DNA of 64,000 nt from NCBI GenBank assembly GCA_014728035.1, contig WJMJ01000108.1, positions 1-64,000 of the forward strand, in the 5' to 3' direction. Numbering within the stretch: position 1 is the first letter of the stretch; each line of letters starts with the position of its first letter. A program made the translations under genes and the position numbers. Below are positions 38,729 to 48,742 of this stretch, piece by piece. The stretch is from Promethearchaeota archaeon. GTDB lineage: Archaea; Asgardarchaeota; Thorarchaeia; Thorarchaeales; Thorarchaeaceae. The notes under the pieces are model-generated. The model made no database searches, was not told the origin of the DNA, and saw only the letters and a list, made by a program, of their open reading frames with translations.

Positions 38729-39991
38729 ATGAGCCGAAAAGTTTGCATCGCAGGTGGTGCTGTAACTCCTTTCGACTATCCCATGCATATCACTCCTGAA
38801 GGAATGATTGCTAACGCAATTGTTGAAACTCAGGAAGACGTGCCTGATTTTCATTTGACTGACCTTGAATTCATGGTCTATAGTCACTTCTCAGTTCACT
38901 TTGGTAAGCAACTTTGTCCAGAGTGGATTGTACATGATCATCTGGGATTAGTAGGATTACCCCATGTGCGAATAGAAAACGGTGGCAACACAGGAGGTTC
39001 CGCTTTGTACGGAGCTTTTCTAGCAGTAAAATCTGGTCTATTTGATGTAGTTGGTGTTGCTGGCTGGGAAACAATGGACAATGTAACACAATCTCAGGGC
39101 TCCGAGTTCATCGCTCTTGCTTCTGATACGCGATATGAAGCCCTAGCTGGGGGAATATACCCCATCTATTATGCTGCTATGGCGTACAAGTTTATGAAAG
39201 AGCATGATCTCACAGAGGAAGATTTTGCACTTGCTGCTTTGAAGAACAGAAACTATGCTGCAGATAATCCAAAGACACAATGGTATCGAGGCGAGTATAA
39301 GAAATACAAACGCGACCTTACTGTTGATGATATTATGGAAAGCAGATTGATCAGTTACCCTCTGAAGAGATATGATTGTTGTCTTATGAGTCGTGGTGGA
39401 GCTTTTGCTCTTGTCACATCAGAAGAATGGGCAAAGAAACACGCACCAAATAACTATGTTGTTATCGATGGTGCGGGTCTAAGTAGCTGTACCATTCGTG
39501 CTGGTGACCGACTAGCATTCCCCAATTGGGATAAGATGTATGGTAAGGGATATCCTGACATGACTGAATTCGCAGCATGTCGTCGTTCTGGTGAGGTTGC
39601 TTATGATATGGCCGGAATCGAGTACAAAAGAGCAAAGAAGGAGATTGATGTAGCTGAGATACATGATGCATTTAGCTCATCTGAGGTACAGATCTATAAA
39701 GCACTCCACTGGTGTGATTCGGATGACATGAAAGAATTCATTCGAGAAAAGCAGACCTTCATGGAGGGAGAAGTGCCAACTAATGTGGGAGGTGGACTCA
39801 TGGGTTACGGTCATCCTGTAGGTGCAACCGGAATCATGTCAGCCATCGAATGTATGTATCATCTTAATGACACTGTTCCAAAGAAACACTTGAGTTCCAA
39901 GACTTATGTCAAAGACGCACAGACTGGACTTGTAAACAGTCATGCTGGTACAGGTACTAGCATTTCAAACTTCATTCTAAGGAGGCCATAA
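38729..39991 (+). CDS. Thiolase-fold protein (SCP-x/archaeal type) lacking the N-terminal catalytic Cys
   Basis: HDAF, GHPVGATG, CCLMSRGG. ENGGNTG sits where EAACASG is normally found. Confidence 0.85.
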   Translation: MSRKVCIAGGAVTPFDYPMHITPEGMIANAIVETQEDVPDFHLTDLEFMVYSHFSVHFGKQLCPEWIVHDHLGLVGLPHVRIENGGNTGGSALYGAFLAVKSGLFDVVGVAGWETMDNVTQSQGSEFIALASDTRYEALAGGIYPIYYAAMAYKFMKEHDLTEEDFALAALKNRNYAADNPKTQWYRGEYKKYKRDLTVDDIMESRLISYPLKRYDCCLMSRGGAFALVTSEEWAKKHAPNNYVVIDGAGLSSCTIRAGDRLAFPNWDKMYGKGYPDMTEFAACRRSGEVAYDMAGIEYKRAKKEIDVAEIHDAFSSSEVQIYKALHWCDSDDMKEFIREKQTFMEGEVPTNVGGGLMGYGHPVGATGIMSAIECMYHLNDTVPKKHLSSKTYVKDAQTGLVNSHAGTGTSISNFILRRP

Positions 39992-39994
39992 GCA

Positions 39995-40654
39995 ATGACT
40001 GACCCAAGACTACATGATATCCCCGATGAAGTAAAGTGGGATGTAAAACATTCTGACAAGTTCCGTGGGAATGTTAAGGAAACTGGTATTGGTTTCATGG
40101 GTTATGACTATGACAGTGAGACCGAACAGTTCAAAGTCTATCTTCACTATGACCAGCTCTACTATTGGAAATATGCTGAAGTTTCAAAGCTTGGAAAAGG
40201 ATTCATTGATGGTGAATTCTGGGGAACTAAATGTCCCAAATGTGGTGACAAGTTCTTCCCACCTAGAGTGAATTGCTGGAATCTTGATGACAATCTTGAG
40301 AAGACAGAATGGATCAAGCTAAAGCAAGAGGGTATTGTTCACACCTTTACTATCGCTGGTTGGAGTGGAAAATCTTCACTGAAGCGTCTACCTTTTGTCC
40401 TTGCCTATGTCGTTGTTGATGGTTGCAAGACTGCAATTGCTAACGAACTTCGTAACATTGACCCATGGGACGCAGAATTTGGCATGCCTGTCAAAGTTGT
40501 CTGGAAGCCGGAAGATGAGCGCCAGGGTACAGTAACTGATTGGTGGTTTGAGCCAGCTGATGGCTGGGAACCTACCGTTGGTGATACTCCTGAGAAAGAG
40601 CGAATGAAAGAGCTTTGTGCACCCGTCTATGAATGGGTCAAGACAATGGATTAG
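39995..40654 (+). CDS. Extended DUF35 (Zn-ribbon/OB-fold) partner of the thiolase
   Basis: KCPKCG..FFPPRVNC, EGIVHTFT, GMPVKVVW; 3-bp gap from the thiolase. Confidence 0.85.
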   Translation: MTDPRLHDIPDEVKWDVKHSDKFRGNVKETGIGFMGYDYDSETEQFKVYLHYDQLYYWKYAEVSKLGKGFIDGEFWGTKCPKCGDKFFPPRVNCWNLDDNLEKTEWIKLKQEGIVHTFTIAGWSGKSSLKRLPFVLAYVVVDGCKTAIANELRNIDPWDAEFGMPVKVVWKPEDERQGTVTDWWFEPADGWEPTVGDTPEKERMKELCAPVYEWVKTMD

Positions 40655-40670
40655 CATCTGTATAAGATTT

Positions 40671-40703
40671 GGTGGTCATAAGACCACCTATCATTTCTTT
40701 TTC
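40671..40703 (+). terminator. Stem-loop plus U-tract
   Basis: GGTGGTC-ATAA-GACCACC...TTTCTTTTT. Confidence 0.6.
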
Positions 40704-40734
40704 GTAATTGATTTCTATATAGTAATAGAACGTC

Positions 40735-41193
40735 TTAATATGCAGTACCTGTCCAAGGCCCTTTGTATTCTAGCGCAAACACGATTGCTGCTATCATTGC
40801 AATAACACCCGCAGCAAATCCCGGAATTAGATATACCATCAAGTCTCCTAATCCTTCACCAAACATAGCTGCAACTATAATTATCCCTATACCAGCACAT
40901 ATCCCACAACATGGTGTCGCTTGAACTCGCTCTCCCGTATCTCGCGTATAGGATGTTATGGTTTCAGTACCGTCGTAATTGTTCGTTCTGATGATTGTTG
41001 TATCCATAACTGCTGAAAGACCACCCACATACGCCATAATCATCACTAGGAACATGACCAAAGCAAAACCTCCCGCAGCTAGGGCTCCAATTCCGTCATC
41101 GAATCCGAATCCGCTTATACCAGCTTGGATAATTAGTAACAGTCCTGAAACAAAGAATAGTATTGCACTATTCCTTGAACCTTTCATCTCCAT
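40735..41193 (-). CDS. Four-TM membrane protein
   Basis: Hydrophobic helices; PCCGIC; likely start MEMKG. Confidence 0.7.
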   Translation of the reverse strand: MEMKGSRNSAILFFVSGLLLIIQAGISGFGFDDGIGALAAGGFALVMFLVMIMAYVGGLSAVMDTTIIRTNNYDGTETITSYTRDTGERVQATPCCGICAGIGIIIVAAMFGEGLGDLMVYLIPGFAAGVIAMIAAIVFALEYKGPWTGTAY

Positions 41194-41331
41194 GTTATTC
41201 CTCTCAGACACATTATTGATACATTCAGTCATATATTTGTTTCATTTTTACAAAATATCCAAAATCGTCAAAGCAGCTGCATCAGTGGGAAAAACATAAT
41301 TAGTATTAGGCTATCGATTAGCAGAGGATAG

Positions 41332-42939
41332 GTGGTTTGTTTGGTACGCGAACTGAAAATCGGAATGGCCCATATGAAGGAGCTATCAGGTCATAAGGAA
41401 TTACCAAAAGAACGTGCGTATGTTACAGATTTGTTGATAGTGGAACACGAAAAGGGGTCCCAATCTGCTGTCAAGAAATTGAGTGTCGTGGGTCTTCCCT
41501 TTTGGATTGTCCAAACAAGCTCTTCAACTTCAGTAATTCTCGCACCTTCCCAAGAAACTGGTATCGATTTCACTTATACTGAAGGCTCTCATATTTCTGA
41601 GATTCGCCGGATTCTAAGAAGTGAGGTTACGGAACCAAGTACCGTCAAAGATGCTGCAGATAAAATAATTGTAACACTTACAAGTTCGTCTACAACCACT
41701 GAAGTTATCCCAGGAATGGTTGACCCTTCTTTGTTTTTATCTGTTAGAGATTACATAACTCCAGCATCAATCGAGGAAAAAGTTCCCTTAATTGAAGGCT
41801 CGATTACTTCTCAAGATGCCTTGAATGCAAGCGAGAAATTTCAAAATATGCGAGATTCATTGAAGATGAAAGTCGATGAGCTAGAGGCTTTGAGAAAATT
41901 AGCAAACGAAGTTCTTGGAGGACAACACTCTGTTATTGAGAACATTATTGCGACAGAACAACGCAGATACAAACCACAACTTGAAACCATGAAAGAGAAA
42001 CTCGATATGGACATTAAATCGCTAAGAAAGAAGAAGGATGACAAACTCTATTCTTTGGGCGAAGAACGGATGATGAAGCTTCGAACCAAGTCAGTCGAAT
42101 TCTCTCGACAACTATCAAGTATTGAGAAGGTTCTTGATGTCATGGTGCAGCTGACAAAAGACACTCGGATAGATATTAGCAAGAAGGGTGATAAAGTTAG
42201 AGAAGCTGTGGGTCGATTTTCTGAACTCTCAAGCAGCCTTAAGGAATATCATGAGAGCATTCCTGATATTCTTTCAGATCTCGATGAGGAGAGCAAGAAA
42301 CTCATTGAAGAAGTTGAAAAGATAGAAAATGAATTCCAAAAGAAACAAGAGTTGATCGAGTCGGAATTTGAGAAGGATTCCGCAGATAAACAAGCAAGAC
42401 TGGAACAATTCGAGAAAGACATGAAAACAAAATTCGAAGAACTGGAATCGACTGAAAAAATTGTAGCAGAATCTGTAATGAAGGTAGATGAAATTCTAGA
42501 AAAGCAGATATTTGACATTCAAAGTGATTTACTAAAAATAACTGCTAAATCATTAAACAACTCTGATATCCCTGAAGTAGCACCACTAACTCGTTTGACC
42601 GTTCATTGTTTGATTATGGTTCTACCAGATAACTCCATGAAATTATTTATTCCGTATTCCGTGCCCGATGATAGACTTGATTCGTCCTTGAAATATCAAC
42701 CAATTGATAGAAAATTCGATGAATCTCTTGTTTCATATTTTGAGAAATGGAAAGAACAAGACTCCAAGTTCTTACAAAGCCTGAATGAATCTATCAAAAC
42801 AGGCCATATTTTCGATTTAGCGAAAATTGATACACTATTCCACGATGGTTTAGATAAACTTCAGATGACTCAACACCTGAAAGATGGCACAAAAGATAAG
42901 ATAGAAGCTATCTGGAACCGATATCACGATTCATCTTGA
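41332..42939 (+). CDS. Large coiled-coil protein with globular N- and C-terminal parts
   Basis: Heptad-rich central region (about aa 160-405) flanked by beta-containing segments (LPFWIV; LTVHCLIM..LFIP). Confidence 0.75.
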   Translation: MVCLVRELKIGMAHMKELSGHKELPKERAYVTDLLIVEHEKGSQSAVKKLSVVGLPFWIVQTSSSTSVILAPSQETGIDFTYTEGSHISEIRRILRSEVTEPSTVKDAADKIIVTLTSSSTTTEVIPGMVDPSLFLSVRDYITPASIEEKVPLIEGSITSQDALNASEKFQNMRDSLKMKVDELEALRKLANEVLGGQHSVIENIIATEQRRYKPQLETMKEKLDMDIKSLRKKKDDKLYSLGEERMMKLRTKSVEFSRQLSSIEKVLDVMVQLTKDTRIDISKKGDKVREAVGRFSELSSSLKEYHESIPDILSDLDEESKKLIEEVEKIENEFQKKQELIESEFEKDSADKQARLEQFEKDMKTKFEELESTEKIVAESVMKVDEILEKQIFDIQSDLLKITAKSLNNSDIPEVAPLTRLTVHCLIMVLPDNSMKLFIPYSVPDDRLDSSLKYQPIDRKFDESLVSYFEKWKEQDSKFLQSLNESIKTGHIFDLAKIDTLFHDGLDKLQMTQHLKDGTKDKIEAIWNRYHDSS

Positions 42940-43039
42940 TCTAATGGAGTTTTCAGAGATTTGCTGCTTGGTTGACTGTCACAGACGTTTCGCTTACGAT
43001 TTCCAATAGCCTTAAGAAAAGATATCAAAGTAACTTCGT

Positions 43040-43711
43040 ATGGAACTTCTACTCTATGGAATAGTATTCTGGGTATTTGCAGTTCTTTCAACTGTATTGA
43101 AGACCATCACGAAGGAAGCTGCAACATGGAGAACGATAATTAAAGTAACTCCTGCTATTCTTGGTGTGATTTTTGTTTTTCTTAATCGCCCGTTCGATAC
43201 AATCTTCTATTCTCTGTTGATGATAGCACTTGCATTTTGTGCGTTGGGCGATGCTGGAATGGAGGTCAATATTCTTCCCGGATTAGGATTATTTCTTATC
43301 TCTCATATTATTTACACTTTGAATTTTCTAACGTATGGTTTTTCTTTTGGGATTGGCACTATTCCAATAGCTCTACTATTTATTTCAGTTAGTATATTGA
43401 TGGTATACATTTTCTTTTATCAGCGATATCTAAAAACTGCAGATGAACCAGCACAAGCAGAAATGTTGAGAGCTGTGATTTTCTATGCATTTGCAATTTC
43501 ACTCACACTGAGTAGTTCTCTTTTCCTTTGGATGTCTTCTGGTATAATTCTTGGGTCTATCCCGTTCATTGGAGCAGTTTCATTTGTGATTTCAGATTCA
43601 CTAATTGGCATCCGAGAGTTTCACCACTCATTTCGATTTGCAGAGCCAATAATTCTTACTACCTACTATTTGGCCATTTTTCTTCTATCGATGTCGGTCT
43701 TAGTATACTGA
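43040..43711 (+). CDS. YhhN/TMEM86 lysoplasmalogenase family membrane protein
   Basis: ALAFCALGD..GLGLFLISHIIY, FVISDSLIG, TYYLA. Confidence 0.85.
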   Translation: MELLLYGIVFWVFAVLSTVLKTITKEAATWRTIIKVTPAILGVIFVFLNRPFDTIFYSLLMIALAFCALGDAGMEVNILPGLGLFLISHIIYTLNFLTYGFSFGIGTIPIALLFISVSILMVYIFFYQRYLKTADEPAQAEMLRAVIFYAFAISLTLSSSLFLWMSSGIILGSIPFIGAVSFVISDSLIGIREFHHSFRFAEPIILTTYYLAIFLLSMSVLVY

Positions 43712-43718
43712 AGCCGAA

Positions 43719-44366
43719 TTAACCTGTGATTGATGAGAAAATCCAAATCATAATGACAACAACGATTCCTGCTGCAAGGGTCTTGATTCCATAAACAAAT
43801 ACATTGGTTCTGGATACTTTTCCTAAGAAGAGTCCTAGAGCGAACAGTATTATCATTCCAGAGATAACTGACAATACGAAAGCAAGGTCAATCGCGAGAC
43901 CTGCTACTACTAATATTAGAGGAATAGCAGTTGCTAGACCCGAAAAGAATGGTGATAGTCCGTTAATCAAGGAAACCACAACAGTCGTTGTTTTAGATGC
44001 ACGAGCTATTGCACTTCCATCTAATCTGCTAAGAAGTGACTTCTCCAATTCTTCGATATCTCTTTTTCGTTCTGCTCCTTCTGTCAAATAAGATGAAGTG
44101 ATCCCCGATACAAACATAGCAAAACAAGTTGCGAAAATCGATAATATTGAGGTTTCATAAATCAATAATGGATCTTGAAAATTCAGTGAAATCAGCCCTC
44201 CCATTATAATTCCCAATACTGGCAGAACTCCATCAAAGGCATTCATAGCAAGATATCTTCGAGCAATCTCAGTACCCTCGGCAAGTGCCAATTGTGCCAT
44301 GACGCGGTCGAAAAAACTACAGGATTCATCCATTGGGAATTGTGCACATTCATTATTGTCAGACAA
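43719..44366 (-). CDS. VIT1/CCC1 family membrane transporter
   Basis: ARRYLAMNAFDGVL, MFVSGITSSYLTEGAER, LFALGLFLGKVS. Confidence 0.8.
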   Translation of the reverse strand: MSDNNECAQFPMDESCSFFDRVMAQLALAEGTEIARRYLAMNAFDGVLPVLGIIMGGLISLNFQDPLLIYETSILSIFATCFAMFVSGITSSYLTEGAERKRDIEELEKSLLSRLDGSAIARASKTTTVVVSLINGLSPFFSGLATAIPLILVVAGLAIDLAFVLSVISGMIILFALGLFLGKVSRTNVFVYGIKTLAAGIVVVIMIWIFSSITG

Positions 44367-44473
44367 AATCGTTCTCCAGTTCTATAAGCACAATAACCCC
44401 ATATCTTCTTTTTGTAATCGCAAATTGATGAAAATACCTATATCTTTTCATAGATATTTAATTTCGAGTGAGA

Positions 44474-45100
44474 ATGAAAAGAGCAACTTTCTTCCTAGTA
44501 CTATCTACTCTGCTTGCTAGTTTCATCATCGTGACTTCAATATACAATACCTGGAAGACCGATTTGGAAATAAATAGTTATGTTGTAAGCCAATCAGATG
44601 GTCCAGGAGCGCAAATGGATATCACTGCTGATCTCATTGCTAATCACTCGTATCTGGTCCGTGTTGGCTTCTCAGATGAAGGAGGAAGTACTGCTGTGGC
44701 CGATGGATACGTCACAATTCTGCTTGATGGAGTCGAGGTGAAGACTGAAGCTCTCTATGATTACGATTATGATGATGTAGATGAGGACGATCATGAGCCA
44801 GAAGCCTCCGCATTTGCGCAATTGTATTATTGGATCTATCCAGCATCAAATCAAACTCTCTCAATAATTGGTGAAAAATATCGTGGAGATACTTGGTTCT
44901 TCACACTCTACGAAGATATGCCAGAGCACTTACTTGGTGATCGTACACTTCATGCATTGATGTTAGGTTCTGGTATGCTATTGCTTGTGGCTACTTTCAT
45001 AGGTTATGTTTTAGTAGATATTATGAACAAGCAAAAGGAGAAAGAGAAAGAACAGGAACAAAAACACGATTCTGAGCTCGGTGTAGAATATTATGAATAA
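44474..45100 (+). CDS. Two-TM membrane protein with an acidic extracellular loop
   Basis: N- and C-terminal hydrophobic helices; DYDYDDVDEDD. Confidence 0.7.
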   Translation: MKRATFFLVLSTLLASFIIVTSIYNTWKTDLEINSYVVSQSDGPGAQMDITADLIANHSYLVRVGFSDEGGSTAVADGYVTILLDGVEVKTEALYDYDYDDVDEDDHEPEASAFAQLYYWIYPASNQTLSIIGEKYRGDTWFFTLYEDMPEHLLGDRTLHALMLGSGMLLLVATFIGYVLVDIMNKQKEKEKEQEQKHDSELGVEYYE

Positions 45101-45181
45101 ATATTGAACTACATTTACTCGCTGATTTTGAGAGATTTGTTTATCTAAAATAATATTGGAGCTTATCTACTTGGTGTTCAA

Positions 45182-46030
45182 GTGAAATTCGGAATAAATA
45201 CTCCTAATTTTGGATGGTCTGGTGATGTAGATCTTTTTGTAGGTCTAGCCTGTGATGCTGAAGATGCTGGCTGGGATGGTTTCTTTTTATGGGACCATCT
45301 CCTTGTTTTCGAAAATGATATGCATGTGCCTTTCGTAGATCCATGGATTACATTAACAGCAATTGCATGTAGTACCGAAAAGATTTGGCTTGGACCGCTA
45401 ATCACTCCTCTTCCAAGAAGAAGGCCTTGGAAGGTTGCTCGTGAATCTGCCACTCTTGATCATTTGTCAAAAGGACGGCTTATTCTTGGTGTTGGAATTG
45501 GTGCTCCTCCTGAAGTTGAATACGGGAAATTTGGAGAAGAAATAGACGCTAAGGTTAGAGCTGAAAAACTGGATGAATGTCTTGATATCATTACAGGCCT
45601 TTGGACCGGGAAGCCATTTTCATATTCTGGTATACATTATCAACTGGACGAGATGACATTCCTTCCTATGCCTTATCAGAAATCAGGAATCCCTATTTGG
45701 GTCGGCGGAAGTTGGCCTTACAAAGCGCCATTTAGAAGAGCAGCTCATTACTCCGGCGTAGCTCCTGTTCATTCAAAGTGGCCTGAAACTCTCAAGCTTG
45801 AGTATCTCAGAGATTGTCTTGATGTAGTAAAGGCTGAACGTAAACATCTCAAAGATTTCGATATTATTGCGTTTGGTGAAACATCTGGAACTGATATTGA
45901 TGCTGATAGGAAGAAATTGGATGAATGGAAAAAAATGGGAACAACTTGGTGGATAGAAGATATTCATGGTTATCGGGCTGAACTAAGTGATTTACGAGAA
46001 CGTATAAGATTAGGCCCACCAAAGTTATGA
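45182..46030 (+). CDS. Luciferase-like (LLM class) flavin/F420-dependent oxidoreductase
   Basis: GWDGFFLWDH, DPWITL, RRRPWKVARE.ATLDHLSKGRL.LGVG, PIWVGG. Confidence 0.9.
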   Translation: MKFGINTPNFGWSGDVDLFVGLACDAEDAGWDGFFLWDHLLVFENDMHVPFVDPWITLTAIACSTEKIWLGPLITPLPRRRPWKVARESATLDHLSKGRLILGVGIGAPPEVEYGKFGEEIDAKVRAEKLDECLDIITGLWTGKPFSYSGIHYQLDEMTFLPMPYQKSGIPIWVGGSWPYKAPFRRAAHYSGVAPVHSKWPETLKLEYLRDCLDVVKAERKHLKDFDIIAFGETSGTDIDADRKKLDEWKKMGTTWWIEDIHGYRAELSDLRERIRLGPPKL

Positions 46031-46087
46031 TTCGAAATTAGAGTTTATTCTATGCAGAAGCATATGGGAAAAAGAGGTTTTCCAAGC

Positions 46088-47932
46088 CTAATCTTTTCGA
46101 ATAACCATTGCAAGAACAAATACCAATCCAATCACACCATAGATTTGAAGTGATGGCAAAATCTGCACCATAGCGCTATCTGGAACTGTAGGATTAGATC
46201 CGTGCTGAAGTTCGTAAATATTTGACCACCCATCACCATCCAAGTCCTCATCGGCATCGTTGACTAATGGGTTAAGACCATATTGCCATTCCCATCCATC
46301 ATACATCGAATCTTGGTCTGTATCTCGATTAAAAGGATCTGTTCCTGCAAGATACTCGTATGCATTTATGAGACCATCAAAGTCATAGTCTGCATTTGCG
46401 TCATACACATTTGGATCCAAGCCCATTTGAATTTCCCATGAATCCGGTATGGAATCATCGTCTGAATCACTTGATTCATGGTCTGTATGGTATATGTAAA
46501 TCTCATCATAATCTGAAATTGAATCATTATCGGAGTCTATTGTAGTTAAGTCAGTATAGTCTGTCGTATCATCAGTTTGACCAGTGTCATCATCGGGACG
46601 GAATGCATTCGTCCAAGTCTCAGTTTCGTCTAGAATTCCATTTCCTTCTATATCACTATCATATTCCATTGCAATCGTATAGAACACATTGCTATTCATC
46701 GAGTTATGGACGATAACTTTGTACGTTCCTTTTAATGGCGTGCTGAATACCGACTCGATCTCATTGCTTGTCGTTACGGTCATTTCAGGTGTTATTCTTT
46801 GACCTGTAGGTCCTATCAATTCAATACTTGAACTTCCAAATTCGTCCCATGAGCTTGATACCGTCAGATTTGTTGGAGCAGTGATTTCTACCAGCATATT
46901 CTTTTGAGAATTCATGCCGATATTTCCGAGATGTTTCTCTTGTATCCGTTGTTGATGAGTGCCGCCTACAACGAAAGCTATTGCACTTCCCATTGAAGCC
47001 ACAGCCTCTGTGGCAAGAGTATAATCATAAGCTGGATTGTCCCATGTATCGGTTGGTCTGTGATATGCGGTGTCCTTTGCGATTCCTGATTCAAACACAT
47101 TTAGTATACCTCGATATCCATTTCCAATGAATGAGAAATGGTCAGAACGTCTCCAAAATGAAATTTCAGATGAGGGCATTTGCGTTGTGACTAAATTTCC
47201 GTAATTATGGTTCATCACTCGCACTAAATTTGCCCACATCTTTGAGTAGTGGTATGAAACTGATGAATCATAACCAAGAATCACTTTTTCATCTTGAGGA
47301 GCAGCATTATCTGGAAACAAGATCATATCGATGTTGATATATACTAAAATGCTGATTTCTTCACTTCTGAATATCTTTGCCACTTCATTAGACCCCACCA
47401 GTCCAATCTCTTCTGCATTCCAAGCGCAGAAATAAATATCTAATGGCCATGAATATGCTGATAATACTCTTGCTAATTCGAGTGCTGTTGCCACTCCGGA
47501 GGCATCATCATTTGCACCTGGTGCTCCTTCAACCGAATCATAGTGCCCTCCTATGACTATTGAAGGCCCATCCGCTCCATAAGTTCCACTAAGTTTGCCA
47601 ATGACAGATTCGCTTGGCCCCCTGACTGAAACTTCAATTCTCCCTGCACTTACCTCATTTAGTTTCTCAATGATGTAGTTCTTTGCCTTAACATTATTAT
47701 CAGAACCAAATGGCCTTGGTCCGATTTCAGAAAGATTCCTGACAAAACCTAGATATGACCTCTGAGATACTGCCTCGTATACTTCTTTAGCTCTCTCATT
47801 TGTGTAGGATGGACTATGTTCGAATACCAAATCCTTTTCGAAAACTCGTCGTGAAGTTCTATCATTGATAGAGATTGGTGTAAGTAACAATAGAATTAAT
47901 GGAACAATGAGATAGAACTTCTTATCGATCAT
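46088..47932 (-). CDS. Membrane-anchored M28 metallopeptidase with Ca-binding DxDxDG (TSP type-3-like) repeats
   Basis: GGHYDS, GANDDASG, AEEIG, NIDM, SDH, YH; about five D.D.D(S/G)..D..E repeats; signal peptide and C-terminal TM. Confidence 0.88.
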   Translation of the reverse strand: MIDKKFYLIVPLILLLLTPISINDRTSRRVFEKDLVFEHSPSYTNERAKEVYEAVSQRSYLGFVRNLSEIGPRPFGSDNNVKAKNYIIEKLNEVSAGRIEVSVRGPSESVIGKLSGTYGADGPSIVIGGHYDSVEGAPGANDDASGVATALELARVLSAYSWPLDIYFCAWNAEEIGLVGSNEVAKIFRSEEISILVYINIDMILFPDNAAPQDEKVILGYDSSVSYHYSKMWANLVRVMNHNYGNLVTTQMPSSEISFWRRSDHFSFIGNGYRGILNVFESGIAKDTAYHRPTDTWDNPAYDYTLATEAVASMGSAIAFVVGGTHQQRIQEKHLGNIGMNSQKNMLVEITAPTNLTVSSSWDEFGSSSIELIGPTGQRITPEMTVTTSNEIESVFSTPLKGTYKVIVHNSMNSNVFYTIAMEYDSDIEGNGILDETETWTNAFRPDDDTGQTDDTTDYTDLTTIDSDNDSISDYDEIYIYHTDHESSDSDDDSIPDSWEIQMGLDPNVYDANADYDFDGLINAYEYLAGTDPFNRDTDQDSMYDGWEWQYGLNPLVNDADEDLDGDGWSNIYELQHGSNPTVPDSAMVQILPSLQIYGVIGLVFVLAMVIRKD

Positions 47933-48105
47933 ATCCTTCCTGACTAATTTGTTTTGAACTCTTGAAATGCTTTTGGTCTAAGTAATTCTACTTTCATTTC
48001 TATATCTATTGCTATATTTGCCAAGCTTATCGAATATTTGGCAAGTATTGATAGAAAAACGCAATTAATATCTGTATAAGACTAGAACTATTTGAGAACT
48101 TATCT

Positions 48106-48729
48106 TTGGTGAACTTATTGGTTAGTACTAATTGGACTATCTTCATACAAACCTTCTTTGAAGATCCATATATGATGTGGCGAGAAGGAATCGATCCTAC
48201 CATTGCTGGAAAACTACTAGAAGAAGAGAGAAAGCAAGCTGAAAAAATGCTTATTGATTCCATGGTTGAAGGAGACCCTTTTGCTGTAATGGGGCTCAGA
48301 GAAATGCATTCCGAACAAGCAATACCGATTATGAAAGACCTGCTTCGGAAAAGTCATCCGCTTGTACGGATTGAGATAGCAATAGCTCTGAATAGAATGG
48401 AAAATACTAGCAAGTATACCTCACATATCATTGACGTATTGCAAAATGGTGGACATTGGAGTATCCGAATGACTGCTGCTCGGAAAATCCGTGAATTTCG
48501 GAGCAAAATGGTAGTAGGTGCTCTTTTCAACAGTATGTTTGACCCAGAATATCTTGTGCGGATACATTCAGCGGAATCACTTCTTTACATCCATGGATTG
48601 AAACCTGACATTCAAAACTATCCTAAGATTGCAGAAAAAATACATACAAAGTCTGGGTGCAATAACGAAGCTCGATTCAAAGAAAGCATCAGACTTTTGA
48701 AGAAACTCTTTGAAACTACTGAGAAGTAA
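48106..48729 (+). CDS. HEAT-repeat protein (paralog 1)
   Basis: VRIEIAIAL, IRMTAARKI, DPEYLVRIHSAESL. Confidence 0.8.
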   Translation: MVNLLVSTNWTIFIQTFFEDPYMMWREGIDPTIAGKLLEEERKQAEKMLIDSMVEGDPFAVMGLREMHSEQAIPIMKDLLRKSHPLVRIEIAIALNRMENTSKYTSHIIDVLQNGGHWSIRMTAARKIREFRSKMVVGALFNSMFDPEYLVRIHSAESLLYIHGLKPDIQNYPKIAEKIHTKSGCNNEARFKESIRLLKKLFETTEK

Positions 48730-48742
48730 TGGTGATGAAAGG

